From the NCBI RefSeq assembly GCF_018398935.1, contig NZ_CP074694.1, positions 6,150,001 to 6,182,000 of the forward strand: a stretch of 32,000 nucleotides of DNA. The letters run 5' to 3'. Below are positions 15,094 through 24,304 of this stretch, in pieces. The notes below the pieces were generated by a model. The model had not been told where the DNA came from, did not search any database, and saw only the letters and a list, made by a program, of their open reading frames with translations. How positions within the stretch are numbered: position 1 is the first letter of the stretch; the number at the start of each line of letters is the position of its first letter. This DNA comes from Telmatocola sphagniphila (GTDB lineage Bacteria > Planctomycetota > Planctomycetia > Gemmatales > Gemmataceae). The position numbers and the translations under genes are program-made.

Positions 15094-17868
15094 ATGTCGT
15101 CTTTTGCCACGCGTCAGAATCTCGAATTGATCGAAGAACAATACGCTCATTGGAAGCGCGATAACTCCTCCGTGGACAGCCATTGGCAGGCCTTTTTTGA
15201 AGGTTTCGAGCTGGCCGGAGCTGGTTCCACTCCGGCGTCGGGAGAAACAGGCCAAACCGATATTGTGCGTCTGATATACAACTATCGAAATATGGGACAT
15301 TTGATGGCCCATCTCGATCCGCTCTCTGATCCCCCTTCCGAATACCCCAATCTGGCAATTTCCGAATTCGGTTTCACTCCGGACGATCTCAATAAAACCT
15401 ATGATGCCAGTGCCTTCGCCGGTATGCGGCAGGCCACTCTGGCAGAACTTCTGGCCGCGCTCAAAGAAACTTACTGCGGCAAAATTGGCATTGAGTACCT
15501 TCACATCCAGGATACCGAGCCTCGCAGCTGGGTGCGCGACAAGGTCGAACTTTGCCGATCGCGGCCGGCGCTGCCTCTGAGGCAGAAGTACCGCGTGCTG
15601 ATGACGCTGCATTACGCGGAGCTGTTCGAACGCTTTCTGCATACCCGCTACCAGGGCCAGAAGCGATTTTCCCTCGAAGGTTCCGAAACGCTGATTCCCG
15701 TGCTCGACGCGCTGGTGGAAAAAGCCCCCAGCCTCGGTGTGAAGGAAATCGTCCTCGGCATGGCTCACCGCGGCCGGCTGAACGTCCTGGCCAATATTCT
15801 TCACAAACCGTATCAGGATATCTTCAACGAATTCGAAGATAACTTCCTGCTCGACAGCATCGACGGCGATGGCGATGTGAAGTACCATTTGGGCTTCTCC
15901 TACGACTACACCACCAGCCAGGGACAGCAGATACACTTGTCGTTGACGCCCAACCCCAGCCATCTGGAAGCGGTCAATCCGGTGGTGGAAGGCCGGGTTC
16001 GTGCCAAGCAGTGGCTATTTGCGGACAAAGAACGCATCGCCGGTCTACCACTCTTGATCCATGGCGATGCGGCCTTTGCCGGTCAGGGAATTGTCGCCGA
16101 GACCCTGAATCTGTCAAACTTGGAAGGGTACACCACCGGCGGAACGGTTCACGTCGTCATCAACAATCAGATTGGTTTTACGACCTCGCCGAAGGATGCC
16201 CGTTCGACAACGTACTGCACCGATGTGGCCAAGATGATTCAGGCTCCCATCTTCCACGTCAATGCGGAAGATCCCGAGGCCTGTGTGTTCGTCACGGAAT
16301 TAGCTCTGGAATTCCGGCAGAAATTCCACCGCGATGTGATTATCGATCTCTACTGCTACCGCAAGCATGGCCACAACGAAGGCGATGAGCCTTCCTTCAC
16401 CCAGCCGATCATGTATCGCAAGATCAAGGATCGGCCGAGCGTCTCGGCAATTTATACCGAGCAGTTGGTGACCCGGGGCGAAATGAAGCCCGAGGAGGCC
16501 GATGCGATCAAGCGCGAATTCCAGACAAAACTGGATACTGAGCAGGAGATCGTCAAAAAATCACCGCCCCGGCCGCGCGGCATGAAATCTTTTAGTGGTT
16601 CCTGGCAGGGGATGAACTCGAAGTTCGTTTTCGAACCGGCGCCTACCGCCGTCAGCCGGGAAGTATTGCAGGAAATCACCGAAATCATCACGACGGTGCC
16701 GCCCAATTTCACGATCAATCCGAAAATCACATCGCTATTGCAGAAACGCTCGGAAGATTTCGCCAAGGATCGCGGCATCGACTGGGCCTTCGGGGAAGCT
16801 CTGGCTTTCGGCAGCCTGGTCAAAGAGGGCAATGCGGTTCGGCTCAGTGGGCAGGACAGTCGGCGCGGCACCTTCAGCCAACGGCATGCGACTTTCACCG
16901 ATGTCAACTCGGGCGAGCGCTACGTTCCGCTACGAAAATTGAATAACGGCAAAGTGACGTTCGCGGTTTTCGATAGCTTGCTGAGCGAGGCCGCCGTTCT
17001 CGGATTTGAATTCGGATACTCCCTGGATGACCCGAGCGTGCTGGTGCTCTGGGAAGCGCAATTCGGCGACTTCGCCAATGGGGCCCAGGCGATCATCGAT
17101 CAGTTCATCGTCCCCAGCGAATCGAAATGGCAGCGTTCCTCCGGTTTGGTGATGTTGCTGCCGCACGGTTACGAAGGGCAGGGGCCTGAGCACAGTTCCG
17201 CCCGGCTGGAGCGATTCCTGCAATCCTGTGCCGACGATAACATTCAAGTCTGCAACCTGAGCACTCCGGCCCAGTACTTCCATGTCCTGCGTCGGCAGAT
17301 GAAGCGAACTTTCCGCAAACCGCTGGTGATCATGACGCCCAAGAGCCTGCTGAGGCATAAGGACGCAGTCTCACCCGTGGCCGAGTTTACGCATAATCGC
17401 TTCCACGAAATTCTCGACGATTCGAATATCAATCCTGCCGAGATTAAGCGAGTGCTCTGGTGCAGTGGTAAACTTTATTACGAATTGCTGGAGAAGCGGA
17501 ATGAGAAGAAGGCCCGCGAGGTGGCCATCATTCGGCTGGAGCAGTTCTATCCCTTTGCCGCCGGTCAGGCGAAGCAGATTTTGTCCCGCTATTCGAATGC
17601 TCGAGATTTCTTCTGGGTGCAGGAAGAATCGAAGAACATGGGTGGCTGGACCTTCGTCGACGCCCGCTTCCGCGAAGAACTGGGAATTAATTTGCGATAC
17701 ATCGGTCGACACGCGAGTGCCAGCCCGGCCACCGGTTCGCACAAAGTACACGTGAAAGAGCAGAAGGAACTGGTCGAGGCGGCATTTGCCGATGCGTCGG
17801 CGGTCGCCGGTTATACGACTAATGGCATCCATGGTGCGAACTACCCGCGCGAAAAACAGACTCACTAA
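15094..17868 (+). CDS. sucA: 2-oxoglutarate dehydrogenase E1 component
   Basis: ATG 15094 is preceded by GGAGGA. Conserved E1o blocks are present: RFSLEGSETLIP, MAHRGRLNVLAN, HGDAAFAGQG, YCYRKHGHNEGDEPSFTQP, GQDSRRGTFSQRHA, LWEAQFGDFANGAQ and [23 protein letters not shown]. Confidence 0.97.
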   Translation: MSSFATRQNLELIEEQYAHWKRDNSSVDSHWQAFFEGFELAGAGSTPASGETGQTDIVRLIYNYRNMGHLMAHLDPLSDPPSEYPNLAISEFGFTPDDLNKTYDASAFAGMRQATLAELLAALKETYCGKIGIEYLHIQDTEPRSWVRDKVELCRSRPALPLRQKYRVLMTLHYAELFERFLHTRYQGQKRFSLEGSETLIPVLDALVEKAPSLGVKEIVLGMAHRGRLNVLANILHKPYQDIFNEFEDNFLLDSIDGDGDVKYHLGFSYDYTTSQGQQIHLSLTPNPSHLEAVNPVVEGRVRAKQWLFADKERIAGLPLLIHGDAAFAGQGIVAETLNLSNLEGYTTGGTVHVVINNQIGFTTSPKDARSTTYCTDVAKMIQAPIFHVNAEDPEACVFVTELALEFRQKFHRDVIIDLYCYRKHGHNEGDEPSFTQPIMYRKIKDRPSVSAIYTEQLVTRGEMKPEEADAIKREFQTKLDTEQEIVKKSPPRPRGMKSFSGSWQGMNSKFVFEPAPTAVSREVLQEITEIITTVPPNFTINPKITSLLQKRSEDFAKDRGIDWAFGEALAFGSLVKEGNAVRLSGQDSRRGTFSQRHATFTDVNSGERYVPLRKLNNGKVTFAVFDSLLSEAAVLGFEFGYSLDDPSVLVLWEAQFGDFANGAQAIIDQFIVPSESKWQRSSGLVMLLPHGYEGQGPEHSSARLERFLQSCADDNIQVCNLSTPAQYFHVLRRQMKRTFRKPLVIMTPKSLLRHKDAVSPVAEFTHNRFHEILDDSNINPAEIKRVLWCSGKLYYELLEKRNEKKAREVAIIRLEQFYPFAAGQAKQILSRYSNARDFFWVQEESKNMGGWTFVDARFREELGINLRYIGRHASASPATGSHKVHVKEQKELVEAAFADASAVAGYTTNGIHGANYPREKQTH

Positions 17869-17917
17869 ATGAATCGGCTCGGGAGATTTCGGATGAAATT
17901 TCCTGGACCAGACGGGA

Positions 17918-19159
17918 ATGAATATGGCGATTGAAGTGAAGGTCCCTTCCGTCGGTGAATCGGTCACCGAAGGCCGCATTGCACGTTGGATCAAGCCAAG
18001 CGGATCCGCCGTTAAAAAAGATGAATCGGTGATGGAACTGGAAACCGACAAGGCGACCGCGGAGGTTCCCGCCCCGGCGTCCGGCATTTTGAATGTGCTG
18101 GTTCCGGAAGGCGAGATCGTGGCTGTGGGTTCGGTCGTCGCCACCATTGATGACAAACCAACCGTCAACATTTTGCCGCCCACGGTCACCGCTCAAGTGC
18201 CTCCCGCGCCGAAACTGGTTCCGGCCAAGGATACGCCTCTTTCTCCCGCCGCGGCCCGCGTGGCCGCCGAAACTGGCGTTGACCCCAAGACCGTGACTGG
18301 CACTGGCCGCGATGGTCGAATAATCAAGGAAGATGTGGTGGCTGCGGCCAATAAACCGGCCGCTCCGGTTCCGGCGACACCTCCCGCAAAGCAACCTCCC
18401 ACAACGGTTATCCCTCCGAGGACAACGACGGCTGTTGCTCAAACCACCGGCGATGGCAAACCCCGTGAGATGCGACAGAAGATGTCGACGATTCGCACTC
18501 GCATTGCTCAAAGGCTGGTGGAATCGCAGCAGTCCACCGCGACGCTCACCACCTTTAACGAAGCGGATATGACCGCCATCAGCGAAATCCGCAACAAATA
18601 CAAAGACAAATATAAGGAACGGCACAACATCAATCTGGGCTTCATGTCGTTCTTCGTGAAAGCCTCCATCGAAGCGCTGAAGGCTTTTCCGCTGGTCAAT
18701 GCCCGAATCGATGGCAACGAAATCGTCTACCAGAACTTTTACGATATCGGTGTGGCTGTCAGTACCGAACGGGGGCTGATGGTTCCGATCCTGCGCGATG
18801 CGGATAAGCTCAGTTTTGCGGGCATCGAAAAGAAGATTGTGGAAGTGGCCGTGAAAGCCCGCGACGGAAAAATCTCCGTCGATGATCTTCAGGGGGGAAC
18901 CTTCACCATCACCAATGGTGGGATCTTCGGTTCGATGCTGTCGACGCCGATACTCAATCCGCCGCAGTCGGCCATTCTCGGCATGCACAGCATCCAGAAG
19001 CGGGCGGTCGTGGTGAACGATCAGATCGTAGTTCGCCCGATGATGTACATTGCCCTGAGCTATGACCATCGCATCATTGATGGTCGCGAAGCGGTGCAAT
19101 TCCTGGTTCGCATCAAAGAATGCCTGGAAAATCCAGAACGATTAATGCTCGAAATCTAA
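17918..19159 (+). CDS. sucB: Dihydrolipoyllysine-residue succinyltransferase (2-oxoglutarate dehydrogenase E2)
   Basis: It has a lipoyl domain with [13 protein letters not shown] and a peripheral-subunit-binding domain ([33 protein letters not shown]). The catalytic domain ends in [15 protein letters not shown]. The start is ATG 17918 or 17924. Confidence 0.97.
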   Translation: MNMAIEVKVPSVGESVTEGRIARWIKPSGSAVKKDESVMELETDKATAEVPAPASGILNVLVPEGEIVAVGSVVATIDDKPTVNILPPTVTAQVPPAPKLVPAKDTPLSPAAARVAAETGVDPKTVTGTGRDGRIIKEDVVAAANKPAAPVPATPPAKQPPTTVIPPRTTTAVAQTTGDGKPREMRQKMSTIRTRIAQRLVESQQSTATLTTFNEADMTAISEIRNKYKDKYKERHNINLGFMSFFVKASIEALKAFPLVNARIDGNEIVYQNFYDIGVAVSTERGLMVPILRDADKLSFAGIEKKIVEVAVKARDGKISVDDLQGGTFTITNGGIFGSMLSTPILNPPQSAILGMHSIQKRAVVVNDQIVVRPMMYIALSYDHRIIDGREAVQFLVRIKECLENPERLMLEI

Positions 19160-19170
19160 CCCTTCCGAGG

Positions 19171-19196
19171 CGTGCCGTTTGATGTATTGCGGCACG
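19171..19196 (+). other. Stem-loop in the sucB-lpd spacer
   Basis: CGTGCCG-(12-nt loop)-CGGCACG, a 7-bp perfect stem, lying 12 nt after the sucB stop. There is no U-tract, so it is likely an intercistronic structure rather than a full terminator. Confidence 0.3.
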
Positions 19197-19247
19197 TCCC
19201 CCTCTCCGGGCGGAACGCACGTTTTAGAATCGGAATAAGAGAAACAC

Positions 19248-20651
19248 ATGGAAACTTTTGATCTGATCGTCATCGGGGCCGGGCCGGGAGGATACGTGGC
19301 GGCCATCCGGGCAGCTCAATTGGGTATGCGAGTGGCCTGCATCGAGAAACGCAAAACCTACGGTGGAACCTGCCTGAATGTCGGCTGCATTCCTTCCAAG
19401 GCTCTTCTCGATTCCAGCGAACTCTACGAGGTCACGCAGCACAAACTCGCCAAGCATGGCATCGGCGTAAGCAACGTCACTCTCGATCTGGCCGCGATGA
19501 TGAAGCGGAAAGATCATGTCGTCAAAGGGCTGACCGACGGCGTGGCTTATCTGTTCAAGAAAAACAAGGTCACCGGCTTTCAGGGCTCGGCCAAATTACT
19601 CGGTAGCAGCAAGGTGGAGATCTCTCATCCGGACGGGACCAAACGCACGATCATTGGCAGCAAGATTCTGCTGGCGACTGGCAGCGAAGTCAGTCAGGTA
19701 CCGAGTCTGCCATTCGATGGACAGAACATTATCTCCTCGACCGAGGCCCTCTGTCTCGACAAGGTTCCCGAACACCTGATAGTTGTCGGCGGCGGCTATA
19801 TCGGCCTTGAAATGGGTTCGGTCTGGCTGCGGTTGGGTTCCAAGGTGACTGTACTGGAATTTCTGCCACGCATCCTGCCGCTGACTGATACCGAAATCGC
19901 GACGATGGCTCACAAGTCGCTGGCCAAACAGGGGATGCAATTCCACCTGGAGACGAAAGTGACCGGCGCCAAGGTGGCCAACGGCAAGGTCACTGTTTCG
20001 GCCGAAGGCAAAGAAGGGCCACTGAGTTTCGAAGGGGACAAGGTTCTGGTTTGCGTCGGTCGCCGGCCGAATATCGAAGGTTTGGGGCTGGCCGAGGTCG
20101 GCGTTCAATACGATCCGAAGTCGAATAAAGTGCCAGTCAACGATCATTACGAAACTAATGTCGCGGGTATCTATGCCATCGGCGATCTGATCGCTGGTCC
20201 CATGCTGGCGCACAAAGCTCAGGAAGAGGGTGTGGCGGTCGCGGAATTGATGGCCGGGAAGGCCGGGCATGTCAATTACGATTGTATTCCCAGTGTCATT
20301 TATATTTGGCCGGAAGTCGCCTCCGTCGGTCCGACCGAAGAACAGATCAAGGAATCGGGTCGGCAGTATAAAGTTGGGAAATTTCCCTTTGCCGCCAATG
20401 GCCGAGCCAAGGCGATGGATGAAGCCGAAGGGGTCGTGAAGGTGATTACCGATGCTCAAACGGATCGGCTACTGGCCGTGCATATCTTTGGGCCGCGGGC
20501 TTCGGACATGATTGCCGAAGCGGTGACGACGATGGAATTCAAAGGCAGCGCGGAGGACATCGCGCGGATCGTGCATTCGCATCCGACGCTTTCCGAGGCG
20601 ATGGGCGAGGCCGCACGGATGGCCTACAGTGGCTTGGCGTTGCACAGTTAA
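19248..20651 (+). CDS. lpdA: Dihydrolipoyl dehydrogenase (E3)
   Basis: It has the FAD motif DLIVIGAGPGGYVAAIRAAQLG, the redox-active disulfide GGTCLNVGCIPSKALL, the NAD motif VVGGGYIGLEMG, and the C-terminal interface motif HSHPTLSEA. Confidence 0.97.
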   Translation: METFDLIVIGAGPGGYVAAIRAAQLGMRVACIEKRKTYGGTCLNVGCIPSKALLDSSELYEVTQHKLAKHGIGVSNVTLDLAAMMKRKDHVVKGLTDGVAYLFKKNKVTGFQGSAKLLGSSKVEISHPDGTKRTIIGSKILLATGSEVSQVPSLPFDGQNIISSTEALCLDKVPEHLIVVGGGYIGLEMGSVWLRLGSKVTVLEFLPRILPLTDTEIATMAHKSLAKQGMQFHLETKVTGAKVANGKVTVSAEGKEGPLSFEGDKVLVCVGRRPNIEGLGLAEVGVQYDPKSNKVPVNDHYETNVAGIYAIGDLIAGPMLAHKAQEEGVAVAELMAGKAGHVNYDCIPSVIYIWPEVASVGPTEEQIKESGRQYKVGKFPFAANGRAKAMDEAEGVVKVITDAQTDRLLAVHIFGPRASDMIAEAVTTMEFKGSAEDIARIVHSHPTLSEAMGEAARMAYSGLALHS

Positions 20652-20673
20652 GCGAGTTCTGTTGGAAAAATTT

Positions 20674-20810
20674 GAACCGCAGAGAACGCAGAGAGAGAAG
20701 AGTAGAAGAGTAGAAGACCTAGCGAAGGGGACTGGCTCCGTTTCGGTGCCTGTCCTTTGGCTGAACGATGAAAGCAATTTTCACCGCGGAGCACACCGAG
20801 AACACTGAGG
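20674..20810 (+). repeat. Composite direct repeat, copy A (~135 nt)
   Basis: The order is: a 5' motif gaaccgcagagaacgcagagagaga; a purine-rich agtagaag x2; a core cctagcgaaggggactggctccgtttcggtgcctgtcctttggctg (20718-20763); and a 3' motif tcaccgcggagcacaccgagaacactgagg. The core matches copy B at 44 of 46 positions. Confidence 0.9.
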
Positions 20811-20857
20811 TTGTTCTGTGGATCGGGTTGAATCGTTGAGTGGGTTTGGAAAGATGC

Positions 20858-20987
20858 GAACCGCAGAGCACGCCGAGAACGCAGAGAGAGAAGAGTAGAA
20901 GTCCTAGCGAAGGGGACTGACTCCGTTTCGGTGCGTGTCCTTTGGCTGTATGAGGAAATCAATTTTTACCACTGAGAACACTGAGAG
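20858..20987 (+). repeat. Composite direct repeat, copy B (~130 nt)
   Basis: The 5' motif is gaaccgcagagcacgccgagaacgcagagagaga, the core is 20903-20948, and the 3' motif is taccactgagaacactgagag. The architecture matches copy A, with small indels in the flanking motifs. Confidence 0.9.
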
Positions 20988-21018
20988 ACGAGGGTACTGG
21001 GTGCAAGTTTCAGGTTGA

Positions 21019-21043
21019 GTTGAAAATGCAGTGCATTTTCAAC
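21019..21043. repeat. Perfect palindrome (12-bp arms, 1-nt centre) flanked by 7-bp direct repeats
   Basis: GTTGAAAATGCA-g-TGCATTTTCAAC (21019-21043). GGTTGAG occurs on both sides (21013-21019 and 21045-21051). Confidence 0.9.
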
Positions 21044-21086
21044 GGGTTGAGTAAAAAGCGGAATAGGCCATTCCTAGCCCTGTATT

Positions 21087-21107
21087 TCTCTGCGCACTCC
21101 TGCGGTT
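21087..21107 (-). repeat. Solo inverted copy of the short repeat motif
   Basis: The + strand reads tctctgcgcactcctgcggtt. Its reverse complement, aaccgcaggagtgcgcagaga, matches the aaccgcagagaacgcagaga motif at the 5' end of copy A. Confidence 0.7.
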
Positions 21108-21128
21108 AATAAATTTTTTCAAAGAGCG

Positions 21129-21159
21129 CAACCGCGGAGCACGCCAAGAACACAGAGAG
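21129..21159 (+). repeat. Solo direct copy of the short repeat motif
   Basis: caaccgcggagcacgccaagaacacagagag is near-identical to the 5' motif of copy B (gaaccgcagagcacgccgagaacgcagagag). Confidence 0.8.
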
Positions 21160-21293
21160 CAGGATACAAGTCATAAACCGAAAATTTGAAGTGCGATTGT
21201 TCTTCCTCATTGGTATACTGCCAATCTCCGAAAAAGATTTGTCTATCCCCGCGGCAACATCTCCCCGTTTTAACCGGTTAGGATTACTCTCCC

Positions 21294-24260
21294 ATGCGTT
21301 GTTTAATCTTACTCTTTGCGACGACATTCCCGGTATACGCTCAGCAGGAACATATCGCTCCCGCGGCCCCACTTTTGCCCGAACAGGCGCAAAAAAAATT
21401 CAAGGTTCCACCCGGTTTCGAAGTGCAGTTGGTCGCTTCCGAACCGACAATTGGCAAGCCCATGCAAATGGCCTTCGATGCCAAGGGCCGGCTCTGGGTC
21501 ACCTCGTCCAATGAATATCCTTTCGCAGCGAAGGAGCGGGCCGGAAAGGACAAGATTTACATCCTCGAAGATTTCGACGCTCACGGCAAAGCTCAGAAAG
21601 TTACGACTTTCGCGGAAGATCTGAATATTCCCATTGGCATATTGCCCTTACCCGACTGCAAATCCTGCATCGTCTACAGCATTCCCTATGTCTGGAAGTT
21701 GACCGATACCCAGGGTACCGGCAAGGCCGACAAAAAGGAGCACCTTTATGGGCCGTTTGGCTTCCGCGACACGCATGGAATGGTCAACTCCTTCGTGCAA
21801 ACCCTCGACGGCTGGGTGCATGCCTGTCACGGCTTCAGCAACGATTCCTCGGTGAAAGGTACCGATGGCCAGGTACTGACGATGAATAGCGGCAGTACTT
21901 TTCGCTTTCGGCCCGACGGTACACATTTGGAAATCTGGACGCGCGGGCAGGTCAACCCCTTTGGCATGACCATGGACCCCTACGGCCAGCTTTATAATGC
22001 CGATTGTCACAGCCGGCCGATTACGCAATTGATTCACAATGCAGTTTACAGCAGTTTCGGCAAGCCGCACGATGGCCTGGGTTATGGACCCGATATGATT
22101 CGCCACGATCACGGTTCCACCGCACTCTGCGGACTAACCTGGTTGCAGACCGACACCTTCCCGCCGGAATATCAGAACAGCATTTTCCTGGGGAACGTCG
22201 TCACCAATCGCGTTCACCGCGATGCGTTGAAATGGTCCGGTTCCAGTCCGGAGGCCGTCGAACAGCAGGAATTCATGATGACCGACGATCAATGGTTTCG
22301 GCCCGCGGACATCAAGCTCGGGCTCGACGGAGCCTTGTACGTCTCCGATTTTTACAACCGCATCATTGGCCATTACGAAGTCGCGCTCGATCACCCGGGC
22401 CGGGATCGCGAGCGCGGCCGGATTTGGAGGATCGTTCCCACGGCGAAACCCCTGATGGATAAAACCGATCTCACCCAGCTAAGTTTTGAGCAGTTGATCA
22501 AGGAACTGGATTCCTCGAATATTGTCCGACGGCAATTGGCAGCGTTTCAAGTAATTCAACGCGGACGCGATAACCCCGCCCTCGCCTCCAAGCAAACTCT
22601 GGCCTGGAACTCCGCGCCCGGCAAACGGCCTGCAACATCTTATGAAATTGTAAATAGCTGGAAGAAATCGGGACTGACCGATATCGAACTGTCGCTGAAT
22701 TCGGCCGATTCCCCCGAATACCGCGCCCGTTTCTTGCGAAATTGCGATCTGAAGAAATATACCACGACGATACCGAGCATCTTGGAAGGGAGTGAGGCGT
22801 TCAGCAAGCGTGCCATACTGGAAAATCTGACGGTACATCCCGATACGGATTTAATTCTGACCTTGCGCGGCCTGATAGGAAATACCCCTTCGACCGATTC
22901 GCACATGAAGCACGCCGCCCGCATTGCACTGCGGGAAGCCTTGTTGCAGCCTCACGCCTGGGAGAAACAGGGAGTACCCGTTCTCTCCGAAAATCGCGAT
23001 GCGAAGATTATGGTGGATGTCTGCCTGGGGGCCCCCACGGAGAAAGCCGCGGCCTATCTGGTGTCGATGCCGGTTTCCATTCTCTCAAACGATAATCACC
23101 TGATCGATGCCTGCACGCACATCGCCCGATATGGAACCGTCGATACCCTGCACAAACTTCATGACCTGATCACCGGTCAGAATAGTATGACGACAGAAAT
23201 GAAGCTCGCCAGTCTACAGGGGGTTTTCAAGGGTTATCAGCAACGGGGCCGGGCGATCGATGGGGAGTGGATCAGTTCCACCGATAAATTGGTGACCAAC
23301 TATTTGAAACTGCCTGGCGAAAAAGAACAACTGGCGGCTTTGGATCTGGCAGCCACTCTGAAGCTGAACAACCAGTTCGAAAATATTTCGAATCTCGTCG
23401 AGAATGCCAAGGCTTCCGAACCCGCACGGCTCGCGGGGTTATCCACTCTGGGCCGCTTAAATTCGGTTCGAGCTCTACCGTATCTCATCCTCGCACTGAG
23501 GGATTCGAACTGGAGCATCCCGGCGCGCGAAAAAATTGCCCAGCAGCTGGGTCAGATTCCCACGCCCGATTCTCTGACTGCCCTGGGAGATGCTATCCGC
23601 ACCGCTCCGAGTCGATTGGACGGGGCCATCGCTCAGTCGCTGGCCGGTTCGAAGCCGGGTGCGGAGATTCTGTTCACCACCATCGAGAAAGGTTCTGCTT
23701 CGCCCCGGCTATTACTCGATAAGGCGATTCAGGATAAACTGGGCAGCTACAAGGAACGCATCGCCAAGCTCACGGCCGGTCTGCCGAGCGTCGATCAAAA
23801 GATTCAGATGACGATCAATCAGCGCAAGAAATCGCAGGGACTGGGTGAAGCGAATTTTGAAATAGGTAAATCTCTGTTCACCAAACACTGCGGTATTTGC
23901 CATCAGATTGCGGGTGTCGGTGCCAAGGTCGGGCCGAACCTCGATGGGATCGGCAACCGAGGTCTGGATCGGCTTCTGGAAGACGTGCTTGATCCGAATC
24001 GTAACGTCGATGCGGCGTTTCGGATGACCACGCTATTTTTGAAGGATGGGAAAACTCTCTCCGGTCTGGTGGTTCGCGAAGAAGGTCAATCCGTCGTGAT
24101 CGCCGATCAGACAGGGAAGGAAACCGCGGTGGGCAAGGATAACATTGAGGAGCGAAAAGTCTCCAACCTTTCCCCGATGCCGGCTAATATAGCAGAGCAG
24201 GTTTCCGAGTCCGAATTCCGGCACCTGATGGGTTATCTGCTGAAACAGAAAAAAGATTAG
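21294..24260 (+). CDS. PVC-type heme-binding CxxCH protein (membrane-bound-dehydrogenase-like beta-propeller, HEAT-like repeats and C-terminal cytochrome c domain)
   Basis: ATG start at 21294 with a signal peptide (MRCLILLFATTFPVYAQQ). The N-terminal block is FKVPPGFEVQLVASEPTIGKPMQMAFDAKGRLWVT. The C-terminal block is GKSLFTKHCGICHQIAGVGAKVGPNLDGIG...LSPMPANIAEQVSESEFRHLMGYLL. This is the architecture I know as the Pirellula/Verrucomicrobium-type putative heme-binding and dehydrogenase domains. Confidence 0.85.
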   Translation: MRCLILLFATTFPVYAQQEHIAPAAPLLPEQAQKKFKVPPGFEVQLVASEPTIGKPMQMAFDAKGRLWVTSSNEYPFAAKERAGKDKIYILEDFDAHGKAQKVTTFAEDLNIPIGILPLPDCKSCIVYSIPYVWKLTDTQGTGKADKKEHLYGPFGFRDTHGMVNSFVQTLDGWVHACHGFSNDSSVKGTDGQVLTMNSGSTFRFRPDGTHLEIWTRGQVNPFGMTMDPYGQLYNADCHSRPITQLIHNAVYSSFGKPHDGLGYGPDMIRHDHGSTALCGLTWLQTDTFPPEYQNSIFLGNVVTNRVHRDALKWSGSSPEAVEQQEFMMTDDQWFRPADIKLGLDGALYVSDFYNRIIGHYEVALDHPGRDRERGRIWRIVPTAKPLMDKTDLTQLSFEQLIKELDSSNIVRRQLAAFQVIQRGRDNPALASKQTLAWNSAPGKRPATSYEIVNSWKKSGLTDIELSLNSADSPEYRARFLRNCDLKKYTTTIPSILEGSEAFSKRAILENLTVHPDTDLILTLRGLIGNTPSTDSHMKHAARIALREALLQPHAWEKQGVPVLSENRDAKIMVDVCLGAPTEKAAAYLVSMPVSILSNDNHLIDACTHIARYGTVDTLHKLHDLITGQNSMTTEMKLASLQGVFKGYQQRGRAIDGEWISSTDKLVTNYLKLPGEKEQLAALDLAATLKLNNQFENISNLVENAKASEPARLAGLSTLGRLNSVRALPYLILALRDSNWSIPAREKIAQQLGQIPTPDSLTALGDAIRTAPSRLDGAIAQSLAGSKPGAEILFTTIEKGSASPRLLLDKAIQDKLGSYKERIAKLTAGLPSVDQKIQMTINQRKKSQGLGEANFEIGKSLFTKHCGICHQIAGVGAKVGPNLDGIGNRGLDRLLEDVLDPNRNVDAAFRMTTLFLKDGKTLSGLVVREEGQSVVIADQTGKETAVGKDNIEERKVSNLSPMPANIAEQVSESEFRHLMGYLLKQKKD

Positions 24261-24304
24261 GTGCGTTGAAAGACGTAGCGAGTTTTTGCATTCGCTCCGT
24301 TCCT

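Noticed and set aside
15076-15963. 295-aa minus-strand ORF overlapping the 5' part of sucA
   Set aside because: It is antisense to sucA and has no recognisable domain. The same shadow-ORF explanation applies.
17819-19099. 426-aa ORF on the minus strand covering almost all of sucB
   Set aside because: It is exactly antisense to a confidently identified gene. Its composition is Arg/Gly/His-rich and low-complexity ([19 protein letters not shown]...), with no motifs. This is a typical shadow ORF created by GC-rich third codon positions on the sense strand.
19596-20459. 287-aa minus-strand ORF inside lpd
   Set aside because: It is antisense to a well-supported gene and has an implausible composition. 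It is a shadow ORF.
20469-20962. Two ~100-aa minus-strand ORFs (20469-20777 and 20648-20962) with near-identical N-terminal peptides (..SQRT.TETE.VPFAR.STLL..)
   Set aside because: Their similarity is simply the translation of the two composite DNA repeats. The first also runs into the lpd 3' end. There are no start-site signals, so these are repeat-derived spurious ORFs.
20674-21159. Possible CRISPR array, because a ~25-nt motif recurs six times
   Set aside because: Spacing is irregular (about 40-120 nt), motif copies vary in length and sequence, and one copy is inverted. The 'spacers' themselves are repeated (the 46-nt core). No cas genes are nearby.
21106-21372. 88-aa minus-strand ORF overlapping the start of the PVC heme-protein gene
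   Set aside because: Its C-terminal part is a translation of the repeat motif (LSVFLACSAVALF). It overlaps the signal-peptide region of a well-supported gene. It is probably spurious.
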